From the NCBI GenBank assembly GCA_017654855.1, contig CM030332.1, positions 7,860,012 through 7,880,011 of the forward strand: a stretch of 20,000 bases of DNA. The letters are read 5' to 3'. Every line of letters starts with the position of its first letter. Within the stretch, counting starts at the first letter, position 1. The DNA comes from Podospora anserina (taxonomy: Eukaryota). The notes beneath the pieces were generated by a model. The model ran no database searches and was not told where the DNA came from. It saw only the letters and a program-made list of their open reading frames with translations. Shown here one piece after another: positions 1-9,289 of this stretch. Both the position numbers and the translations under genes were made by a program.

Positions 1-1874
1 TGAATGAATGAATGAAAGAGTGTGGCATCAACGATGAGATAGGTAGTGCAGAGATAGCCGAAGCAGACGGGTGTTGGCGAAAATGTCAACTTGTCAACAG
101 GAGTATTGAGCAATAGAGACCACGTCTGTGTATGTATAGTATACTCAGTATGTATCTGTAAGAGGTGAAAATGAAGATATCGGGATGGCAACAAACGACC
201 TTCGCGTCCAAGACAACACCAACCTGGAACAGTATCCTTGGGCTGAGCAAGATGCGTCAAGCAGGCACTTGCCGCTTGGCCCAATCCCATACACATCACA
301 GATATGCATGGCAGGCAAGACAGACGCCAGAAATACGAGGCCTTGAGGTCTTAGAATGAGATATGATAGTGTGCAGCTGTCTCGATGGCTCTCAGGCAAT
401 CACAGAACGCACAGCAAGCACAGATGTGCCTGCTGATCGGAACCCCTGTTCGGGTCCGGCTGGCTCTTGCTTCCCCGATTGTTGAGATGTTGTAGTTTTG
501 GCACCTTCGGTCTGATTCCTCTCCGCCTTGGGGGGCTTAAGGTGCAGGAGGGGTTGGGAGGGGGAAGTCGCATAGTCTTGCCTGATTCAATCATCTTTGG
601 ACGAAAAGTTCCGTCTTGGGTGTTATGCCCGTAAGCATCTTGGGGCTTTGAAACCATCAGGTAAACGCTGCTGCAACTTCTCCGCACTTGGTGATAGTTC
701 TTGTGGTTTATAATTCGAGACTCGAGATACGGGTGCGCAAACCCAGCTTACCAGATCACATGTTGCATCCAACATCTTTTCGCTAGCGGGAGGATTTTGC
801 GATTCACCTGATCGTCAGACGGCATTTGCACATCCACCAAGCGTTGTCCGGATGAGCCCTGGGTTTTGTTTGGTGTTGCCTTCATCGTGCCTCTCTGTCA
901 GTCCACAAACAGTGTGACAGAGCCTGCCTTTCAAACCGCAGAAATTGTCCATTCTACCGTCTCCTGTCCATCAAAACAAAACTCTGAACCTGATACTCAC
1001 ACGGACCCGGATGCTGCCCCGAGGACCCGAGTCGGCAAAAAGACCAAAGCTTGTCGTCCACGGACCATGTGTCAAAGCTCCCGACCCGGAGATGGAATCC
1101 AGACCCCAACCCGCCTGTCCGCTCCATCAGCAAACGCTTTGACCAGCTGAGCCGCATAGCAGGGGCCTTTAAGAAATGCCATTCCAAACAAGAATCCCGG
1201 TTTTGGCTTGATCGATGACGTTTGCTCAAATCTGCCAGTGAAAAACTCGGCCAACTTTTCTGCTTTGCTGATTGATCCTCGTAGGGAAGCCACAATTTGC
1301 TGAGCTGTTTGCCGCTCGCCATAGCGTATCATCAGTCAGCAACCGAAAAGGCTCTTCCGGCCGGGTCAACGTTGGGGCTAGCCCGTCCGGCCGCAGGAGT
1401 CGGGGCCAGCTATTGTTGAGCCATCCCGGGCATCCAGAGTCAAATTGAATCAAAGCCCAAGATAGGCAGGATGGAGACTCCGACCCTCCATCCATTACCA
1501 AAACTGAGCGATATCATCGGACTCACCCATCCAATCTCCAAAATCCACAAGCGCTTTTGCGCCTTCTTCGCACGTCTGGACTCCGCTCCAAGCAGTCGGG
1601 GACTGGGCAGGGTCCAATGGGAGCCGAGCTGACCCCTGTCTAGAGGCTGTAAAATCTGGGTCTTGTGTCCTGCCGTTTGCTGCTCTGCACATCTTTGATG
1701 CTGCAGGTTATCACCTTCTCTGCCCGCCCGCATCCGCTTTCGCTGCCCGGAGAACTGCTCCTCCTGCTGCATCTCTAGATTCCTCATCGTCTTGTTTTGG
1801 ACAGCTTGCCTCCCACCATCGACTAACTGCGTGTTGTCCTGTTCCATTTTGAGCGCGCTGCTTAGGATACTCAA

Positions 1875-1928
1875 TTTTTTTTCCTTTTTTTTTCTTTTTT
1901 TTCTTTTTTTCTTTTCTTCTTCTTCTCT
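1875..1928 (+). promoter_or_regulatory. 54-nt pure pyrimidine, poly(dT)-rich tract upstream of SEC2 (likely nucleosome-depleted promoter or 5' UTR element)
   Basis: Uninterrupted T/C run about 200 nt upstream of the first coding exon. Function inferred from the general behaviour of poly(dA:dT) tracts. Confidence 0.55.
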
Positions 1929-2132
1929 GCTTATCGACGCATGCCTCGGCTGACGGTGGCCGTGACCGTCCGACATAACACCTCAGACATTCATCTCGCT
2001 GTCTCACCCGCCGGTAGCAGACGCGATTTCCTTGTGCGGCCACAAGGTCGAGTAACGGAGGAAGCAGCGGCCTTCTTTTGGTGATTCAAGGACCCGCCAG
2101 CTTCTGGTGTGGTCCTTCGCAAATCTCCCAAG

Positions 2133-4415
2133 CTGGATTACAAGTATGTGCACGACAGGGAACGCGCTTCGCTCGATAATCCCCCAACGCTCCTTGCAAG
2201 GCGTCACATGGCCGTTACTAACAAGCTGTGGCAAAGCTTCGTTACGGTGGCCGGCTGGTCCTCGCATCAGCCTGTCCAGTCCGTCGGTCGCCCCAAGGTG
2301 GCCCACAACAGATCGCTCTCTAGTATCTTGAGAGCTGCCTCGCCGAAGCCTTCGCCGGGCCACGCTAGGGCCAATTCTATTGCCGAATCGTCCATGACCG
2401 CCGACATTGCCCGTCCTGTTCCCTCTACGCCCCAGCCGCAGCGACTCTTCTCACCCCAGGAACATGATGACGAGAACGACTTGAGCACCATCCCCGACCC
2501 TAGGAGCAGGGCGATGAGCCCTGCAGACCCCGAAACCATGGCCGCCCCCCACCATCCCGATCTCGACCAGGAGGTCGCAACTTTGAGCACCAAGCTCATC
2601 AACGCCATCAACCACCAGACGACTTTGGACGATAATCTCTCTGCGACGAGGTTGGAATTGGAAAAGGCCCGCGAGCAGGTTCGGCAGTTGGAAGTCCAGG
2701 TGGCCGAGCAGAGGGAGATGCTGGCAGGGGACGTTTGGGTTCGAAGGAAAACCGTCGAGGCCGAAAAGAGCCATCTTCTGGCGCGTGTGGCGGAGGAGAA
2801 GCGGGCGCGTGCCGACGTGGAACAGCAGAAAAAGAAGATTGAGCAGGAACTGGAGAACTTGACGGCTGCTCTCTTTGAAGAGGCTAACAAGATGGTTATC
2901 TCGGCCAAAGAGGAGGCTCGAAGAGAACAGGAAGTCCTTCAGCGCAAGAATGATCAGCTGAAATCCCAGCTTGCCGACACGGAAGCCATTCTTAGGTCGC
3001 AACAGGAACAGCTGGTCCAGCTGAAGAACGTTATGGAGCAGATGACGGCAGCGAATGAGGAGCAGGCTCCCCCTACCTGCCCATCGTCACCGACCTTCAG
3101 CAAATTCGAGGACTGCGATGGTCCCTCCGTTACCATGAACCACCCGCACCACACCCATAGTCAGAGTCTCCCGGCTGCGCTTTCGCCGTCATACCCAACC
3201 AGCTTCACGCAGCTGCTACACCCGGTCCTTCGCACAGACTTGGCGGCATTCCGGGATTTCAAGGATCTTGTCCAAACATCGAAGCGGCTCTCGTCCCAGC
3301 GCACTCCTTCGAATGCTTCAAACTCTGGATTGGTCTCACTTGGGCTCGGTCTCGGGTCTGTGGCGTCCCATGTCACGGCGGGCAACCTGTCCAGTACATC
3401 TCTTGCGACCAATGCCACCGCCGGCTCGCCGGCGACCTCGCCGCAGACGCCAAATACCCCCGCTTCCACCGTGAGCACAACCTCTTCTGCCGCCGCGCCT
3501 GTCCTGCCCCATTTGAAGGAGACCAAGTTCTACAAGAGGGTCTTGACGGAGGATATCGAGCCGACCCTTCGATTGGACAGTGCGCCTGGCCTTTCTTGGC
3601 TCGCTCGCCGGAGCGTATTGACTGCCATGACGGAAGGTACATTGGTTGTTGAGCCCGCGCCGTCCACGACCACTGGCAGATTTGGCAGAATCATGAGACC
3701 TGAATTGATCCCATGCTCTCTATGCGGCGAGCAGAGGACTGAAGAGCAGTATCTTCGGACACATCGTTTCCGCACCAGCGAGTCCGACTCGGCACAAAAC
3801 GCATATCCCCTTTGCAAATACTGTCTTGGTCGGGTTCGGTCTACTTGCGATTTCCTCGGGTTTTTGCGTATTGTGAAGGACGGCCATTGGCGTGCCGAGG
3901 ACGAGGATGCTGAACGGGCCGCTTGGGAGGAGAGCGTTCGGTTGAGAGATCAGATGTTCTGGAGCCGCATCGGAGGTGGCGTCGTGCCTGGAGGGCATGT
4001 TCATCGAGGAGTCTCCAGTGTTGCGCCTAGCATCCGCGGCGAGCGAAGCCCCAGGCCGAGCCACGAAATCTCGGAGAAGTTTGCAGATGTACCCGAGGTT
4101 CCCGAACCTGTCGACGCGGCCAAAGAGCTGCCCAAAACGCCTGAGCAGCGCCCCGCAGACGAGACGCTGCCTGTTCCTCAAGCGCCACCTGCGCTTGACA
4201 AAGTGGAGGAGGTTGACGACGACAAGACACCACCTGCCGTGGTCGAGGACGACTCCAAAACACCCCCGGCGGCGATCAAGGACGAAAAACCACCACCCGC
4301 AGTGGAAGAGTCTCAGATCCCGCCACCAGCCCTTGATGAGCCTGTCCAGTCCCTCAAGCCGCAACCATCTGTCCAACAAGTCGAGGTTAAGCCTCTGTCT
4401 TTGACGATACCCTGA
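2133..4415 (+). CDS. SEC2: Rab GDP/GTP exchange factor Sec2 (Sec4 GEF). Proposed join(2133..2143,2237..4415), 729 aa if started at CUG 2133. The start is uncertain: alternatives are AUG 2208 (intron retained) and AUG 2394.
   Basis: Long ORF with a coiled coil carrying the Sec2p-domain signature 'IEQELENLTAALFEEANKMV', the fungal Sec2 blocks 'FYKRVLTEDIEPTLRLDSAPGLSWLARR' and 'WEESVRLRDQMFWSRIGGGVVP', and CxxC pairs (CSLC, CKYC). Stop TGA at 4413-4415. Confidence 0.92.
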   Translation: MDYKYVHDRERASLDNPPTLLARRHMAVTNKLWQSFVTVAGWSSHQPVQSVGRPKVAHNRSLSSILRAASPKPSPGHARANSIAESSMTADIARPVPSTPQPQRLFSPQEHDDENDLSTIPDPRSRAMSPADPETMAAPHHPDLDQEVATLSTKLINAINHQTTLDDNLSATRLELEKAREQVRQLEVQVAEQREMLAGDVWVRRKTVEAEKSHLLARVAEEKRARADVEQQKKKIEQELENLTAALFEEANKMVISAKEEARREQEVLQRKNDQLKSQLADTEAILRSQQEQLVQLKNVMEQMTAANEEQAPPTCPSSPTFSKFEDCDGPSVTMNHPHHTHSQSLPAALSPSYPTSFTQLLHPVLRTDLAAFRDFKDLVQTSKRLSSQRTPSNASNSGLVSLGLGLGSVASHVTAGNLSSTSLATNATAGSPATSPQTPNTPASTVSTTSSAAAPVLPHLKETKFYKRVLTEDIEPTLRLDSAPGLSWLARRSVLTAMTEGTLVVEPAPSTTTGRFGRIMRPELIPCSLCGEQRTEEQYLRTHRFRTSESDSAQNAYPLCKYCLGRVRSTCDFLGFLRIVKDGHWRAEDEDAERAAWEESVRLRDQMFWSRIGGGVVPGGHVHRGVSSVAPSIRGERSPRPSHEISEKFADVPEVPEPVDAAKELPKTPEQRPADETLPVPQAPPALDKVEEVDDDKTPPAVVEDDSKTPPAAIKDEKPPPAVEESQIPPPALDEPVQSLKPQPSVQQVEVKPLSLTIP
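2144..2236 (+). other. Spliceosomal intron at the 5' end of SEC2 (93 nt, in frame, no stop codon)
   Basis: Donor GTATGT at 2144, perfect branch site TACTAAC at 2216-2222, acceptor AAG at 2234-2236. Splicing keeps the frame: AA|C = Asn, then FVTVAGW. Confidence 0.75.
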
Positions 4416-5622
4416 TTGGCTGTTCATCTTTGCGAGCAATGCCAATCCAGTACATAATTCCCAACCTTGTCGACACAAGTTCCAGCTTCGACAATGGACG
4501 ACACATAGGCACATAGCCCAAAAGCCTGGATTATAGGACATTTAATAATGTATTAATACCGGCTCACGACCTGCTGTTTTTGTTTGGTTTTCCTCTTGGG
4601 GACAAACGGCATAGTCATAGATGAGCAGAAGCACATTTGGCGTTTCGGTCATACCATTCATTCGTTTTGTTTTTTCCTGTTTTATCTCTATCCGGTCTGG
4701 GCTTGGTACTGAGATTTCTTTTGGGGGAAAAGCGACCATTACCATTCCTGGCGTTTTTGGGTCTTTTTGTTTCATCTGGGATTTCCTTGTGTCGCTGTTT
4801 CAATTTTTTTCGCTCTCGTTTTTTTTGTTGTTTTTTTTTTGGCAAAGCAGAATGCAAATCATGGATGGATGGTTGTGGTTGTGGTTGTGGGTGGGTAAAG
4901 GGGGATAAGAGGGGGGGGGGGAAGGGGAGAAGAACCCCTGGATTGTAAGGATACCTAACGAATGGATTGTGGTTTTCTTTTCTTTTTTCTTTTTCTGTTG
5001 TTCACCTTTATGCTGTTCCTGATTTTCCATACATAGTATTAGTATTATCTGTCTACCTTACCATGAGGATAAGGGGCTGAAGAAAGGGGGGTTATCAAGT
5101 TTGGATGAAGATATGGTTAGATTCCCATTGAAGATGTTTTTTCTGCTTCCCTTTTGTGACTGTGTAATTAATGTGTTGTGTTATTTGTTTTGGTTTCAAA
5201 CTCTCTCCCTCAGCAAACCCCAACTCGGGCCAAACCATAGACCTTGACTCTTCCCAATCTCGGGATTAGTACTACTGTCCCTCGAACCAGGAACATGCGC
5301 TTCCAGAAGGAGCCCTTAGTATGGAAAAAGAAAAAAAAACCACTCGACCATGGAATCAAGCACTGGACATCAGATGTCACTGCGAAAGGAATTTTTTCGC
5401 ATCCACATTGCGGTATCGGTATGGAGAGTGAAAAATAAAATAAAAACATCTGATAGATGACTTTGTTCGGTGTATGGCTGGTGGACGGTGGAGTGAGATT
5501 GGTAAATGGGGGAGGGAAGGGTACGGGATGTGGTGGAATGCCGGAGGGAGGTGGAGAAGGGGGGTTGGAGAGGCAGAGGTATGCGGCAAGTTTTGTCTTT
5601 GCTGTGTTGGCCTGTTGTGTTG

Positions 5623-5664
5623 GAAGAAGAAGAAGAAGAAGAAGAAGGAGAAGAAGAAGAAGAA
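5623..5664. repeat. (GAA)8-GGA-(GAA)5 microsatellite
   Basis: Read directly from the sequence. It explains the poly-R/K/E/L ORFs at 5210-5845. Confidence 0.95.
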
Positions 5665-6656
5665 GAGGGAAGCTCACACCTTGGGGGGGTTGGGTTTTAG
5701 ATAAGGGGGGAGTATAATGAGGCAAAAAGCGCCAAGGTTTTGTTCGAGGTCCCGGGGAAAAAAAGCTGGTGAAAAAATGGTCGGGGCTGAGTTGATGGAG
5801 GAGGTGATGTCTGGTCGTTGGTTGTTTATGGATTTTATGGGTCATACCTTGGCAATAAGGGAACGAAGGGTACGGGGGGGACAGGGGAGGGGGGACATAT
5901 CGACGACGGTCATACCAGCGAGAAAGACTCGAGTTTAAATCTAGGAACTATTGAGCAACTCGTAAAACTCTTCAGACAGGGCGAGATCCCAATTCTACCT
6001 CACGACATGGTGTCATCCCAGCATGTTCAAGTTGGGTGATAGGAGGCGAGGCTGTGCCACCAACTTTGTAAAAGCCAACAGAGTGGAAGGAGTGATGTCC
6101 AGGATGGGTGTAGATATGATGTGCTGTGAGATGTAGATATGGTGCTGTTGTGAATGGAAGAGTGGTAATAATGTGTTATTGTGGTAAGGGGGTAATGTGC
6201 TTAGTAATGTGTAAAAAGGGGGGAATGTGTTAGAGTGTTAATGGCAGAACTGTGCAGCTAGAACATGGTCAAGCAGGCAACAAAAGGAAGGAACGTGTGG
6301 TGGTGATGAAGCGGTAACCTGGTTAGGGGCAAAAGAGGGAGGCAATGTCTAAGTAAATCTCAGCATTTGTAGACCTTTGACAATGGTCTCGAACCTCACC
6401 GGGAAAGTAAAGAAACCCAAATGTTTATTTTCGACAGCCGCTATCACATCTATCGAGACTCTCCCTAAATAACACCGTAGGTGTTACTTTTACCCCTGCT
6501 TGACCTAACGCCCAGAGCCAGAAAGTGGTCTCTCGGCAGACATCTTCCTTTGTCGCTTTGAATCATACTTACTCCCGCTCCGAAGCAGACATGGAATAAC
6601 AACAACTAGTTCAACATGCTTATGCCTTTACATCCACCACCCAAACAGTTTGCTGC

Positions 6657-6681
6657 TATATATATATATATATACATATAT
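6657..6681. repeat. (TA)n microsatellite in the 3' region of the BAR-SH3 gene
   Basis: (TA)9 followed by CATATAT, read directly. Confidence 0.9.
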
Positions 6682-6839
6682 GCCCAGTCATCCACCCATA
6701 ACATCCCTCCATTATCCTTTCAAACCAGCAAAACACAAATAACAAAGCTTATTCCCGAGAAGAAACGTCAAGAAATGCCCCCCTCTGATACCTTTCCCCC
6801 AGCCATAACCCCGGTTCCATCTGTCCGTTTCCCTAACCC

Positions 6840-8333
6840 TCAAGCAGGCCGGCAATAATTCGCCGGAAAGCTCCCCCTAACCCCCCTCAACTCCCCCACC
6901 CACCAATCCTGGTCCGTCCGCGTCTTGGTCACCACCTTGATCCGCTCCCCTTCATCAAAACTCAGATCTCCCTGCCCCTGCCCAGCAAACGGGTACAGCG
7001 CGACAACCCACTGCTCCTGCACCAACGCGGGCTTCTTCGGCGGCGGTGGAGGAGGAGGCCGTTTCTTCACCACCAACCCCCCGTTGACCATAATACTTCC
7101 CACCGCTGGATTTGGCGAAACAGACCGCTCACGGGCCGGCTTTGAACGATCGATATTCGCTCCGCCGAGGTGAGACGCCGTGGTGAATTCTGTCGGGTTG
7201 GCCCATTCCGGTCGGCGGGAGCTGAAAGACGAAGGGGGTGTTGTTGCCGGGGATCGGGAGGGAGAGGGTGGTTTGAGGGCGTGAGATGATGGGATCCGCA
7301 TGGGGCGGGGTTGGAGGCTGTTGCTGCTGCTGTTGGTGCTGGGGATGAGGCCAGAAGGCGTGCGCCTGTAGCCGTTGGAAGGTGGAGGTTGGGTGTAGCC
7401 GCCTTTGTGGCGGATGAAACTGATGTGTTCGATTTGGGATTGGACGGGGCTGCAGGCGGCGTTCCAGACTGCAATCACGTCTTCCATTGGGGGTGCCGGC
7501 GAGGGGAAGTTGGAGTCCTCGCAGTAGTTGTGGAGGGTGGTGTAATAGAGGCCCAGAAGCCTGTTCTGGATGAGGACCAGAGCAGCGAGGAGGGGAGGGA
7601 CGATGCTGAAGGTCGCCTCGACAATAGGGGGCAGCGTTTGGCGGAGGTGCTCATCTGCTATGTTGAACTCCTAGATGGGAATTAGTCATGAGAGATCCGA
7701 GAGCAACACTTGGCTCTGGGGCTGGCTCACATCAGCCACACGAGATAACTCATCCTGACACTTTGCAAGAGATGCATCTTCCTTGGCGTTGCGTCCGGGT
7801 TTTCGTTGGAGCTTCAGCGTCTTGTCCTGGACCTTTTCGTAGTCCAGTCTTTTGTTCTCGCGCTTCTTGATCGTCTTGCGAATGGGGGTGATGTAGGACC
7901 GAGCATCCGTTGCCGGCCTCAGAATCCGTTCCTCAATGGCCACAATCTCTTGCAACAGTTCTGTCTTGAGGTCGCCATACGTTTCCTTCAAACGGAGAGT
8001 GCGTTCTAGCTGTAACTGAGGGGTCGGTGCTGCCTCACGGCCATGGCCATCCGTGGCTCCCACAATGGGATCATACAGGCCCTCGAACTCAACCACCATG
8101 TTGTGTTGCGAGTTGATCAGGGAATCCCACGAGTCTCTCCATGCACGAGCATTCTCAATCAGCTACTTCTAATATCAGTCATGATTGCACTGCCACCATC
8201 GCGGATTCGATCAACTTACCGTAGCAAGAACCTTGTCTGCATCCTCATAATCCTTCAGGAGAACAGACACTTTGGCATTGTCTCCGGGGCCCTTGTTCAA
8301 GAGCTTGCCAAACTGTCTTTGCATTGACTGCAT
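6840..8333 (-). CDS. BAR-domain + C-terminal SH3 protein, Rvs167/amphiphysin-like. complement(join(6840..7670,7731..8162,8220..8333)), 458 aa.
   Basis: ATG at 8333 (cgccatcATG) gives MQSMQRQFGKL. Intron 8219-8163 (GTAAGT..CTGAT..TAG) and intron 7730-7671 (GTGAGC..CTAAT..TAG) are both phase 0. BAR-like helix 'IRKTIKKRENKRLDYEK', Pro/Ser linker, canonical SH3 'VVALYPFAGQGQGDLSFDEGERIKV...WWVGELRGVRGSFPANYC'. Probably a paralog of RVS167 rather than the ortholog, so no symbol given. Confidence 0.9.
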
Positions 8334-9126
8334 GATGGCGTTTCGACTTCACCACGGTGTGGATGCCTGGTGAGAATCCGAAAAAGGGGGAAACCAGGTT
8401 TTTGTTCGGCCGAGGGGCGTTCGTTTGGGTTGGGGGGAGGGGTCTTCCTGTGCAACACGTAACTTACGCCACATATGCAGCAGCCATGTGTTTGTGGAAG
8501 GGGACAGGTTCAGATCCGGACACAGGAGGTTATCATGAGCCGTCGCCAGGCAGGATGAAAAGAGAAGTATACAGAGAAAACCAGCAAAGGGGTCAAGGTA
8601 ATTAATGTAATTTGAGCTGGCCTGTTTGTCGGCTGTAGGGTCTCACAAGCCGCAGAAACGATGGGCAATGGCGCGAAGGCTCATGTTCGTCCCAACACCA
8701 CTTTTCGAGGCGCAGCTGTTGCGGAACGGGGTCTGGCAACTGTTAAAAACAGGGTGAAGAGAACAAAAAACCGGCCCAAAAAGGTCAGTGATATGCGTTG
8801 ATGAACATTTTAGAAAAAGAGAAGGAGGGGGTGCCAGCCAACGGAGTGTTTGCCCAGCACGCCCAGGTAACGAGCGGGAGGCTCCTGCACTGCCCGGCAC
8901 CATTTCCGAGTGCCACGAGAAGTGGACTGCAGTGGGCGAACCCCCCCAAGCAAAGGTCCGATCCACTGGCGAGCCTTTCTTGAAACAGGGCCAACTGGCA
9001 ACGTCAACTTGTGTGAAGTCTTACTTTTGCCCGCTGGCCAACCAATCATGGCTAGGAAAAGCCTAAATAGCGGATATCTGCACAGGCCTTGTGTGAGTTT
9101 GGATGGGTGGTCAAAGGTGGGTTGGG

Positions 9127-9174
9127 GTCACGTGAAGGCGCGCAGCAACGCGACCCCAATCTCCCCGCGCGCGT
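9127..9174 (+). promoter_or_regulatory. Cluster of candidate cis-elements upstream of the DUF2439 gene: GTCACGTGA E-box (9127-9135), MCB-like ACGCGA (9148-9153), CCAAT (9156-9160), CGCGCGCGT (9166-9174)
   Basis: Motifs read directly, 115-165 nt upstream of ATG 9290 within the 956-bp divergent intergenic region. The binding factors (Cbf1/bHLH, MBF, HAP complex) are inferred. Confidence 0.45.
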
Positions 9175-9289
9175 CAATCGATTCGGAGTCCAAATGTGCT
9201 GCCTACCTGGCAATTTACCGGAATCACCCTATCAATCACCAGTCAAAGGCCATGTGGTAGTATCGACCATCTCGACATGCTTTTCGACA

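Noticed and set aside
145-1700. Several 60-120 aa ORFs upstream of SEC2, and a possible minus-strand intron (GTGAGT at 1000, CTGAC at ~900)
   Set aside because: No recognisable domain or consistent exon chain, and the AGs lie very close to the branch site. At most a divergent non-coding transcript.
1440-2043. Lys/Arg-rich minus-strand ORFs
   Set aside because: The basic runs are just the reverse complement of the pyrimidine tract at 1875-1928.
2052-2100. Intron that would join uORF ATG 1941 to SEC2 (donor GTAACG at 2052)
   Set aside because: The in-frame acceptor (2090) gives only 39 nt with no good branch site; the acceptor at 2100 is out of frame.
2109-2111. GTG start used by the ORF track for SEC2
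   Set aside because: Artefact of permissive start calling. The CUG at 2133 has a better context and sits next to the splice donor.
5901-5935. Loose resemblance to the 5' end of a dispersed 5S rRNA gene (GACGGTCATACC...AAAGACTCG)
   Set aside because: The similarity does not continue: no internal control region and no pairing 3' end.
5210-5938. ORFs with poly-L/R/K/E runs
   Set aside because: Translations of the (GAA)n microsatellite and G-rich low-complexity DNA.
6385-6395. B-box / T-loop-like GGTTCGAGACC on the minus strand
   Set aside because: No complete T-stem, acceptor stem or D-arm, so not a tRNA.
2133-8333. Adjacency of two membrane-trafficking genes (SEC2 and BAR-SH3) as a functional cluster
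   Set aside because: Convergent orientation, 2.4 kb apart and no shared promoter. Chance adjacency cannot be excluded without synteny data.
9089-9289. 67-codon N-terminal extension of the DUF2439 ORF from TTG 9089
   Set aside because: It overlaps the promoter-like motif cluster, and ATG 9290 has good context and lies just before the domain.
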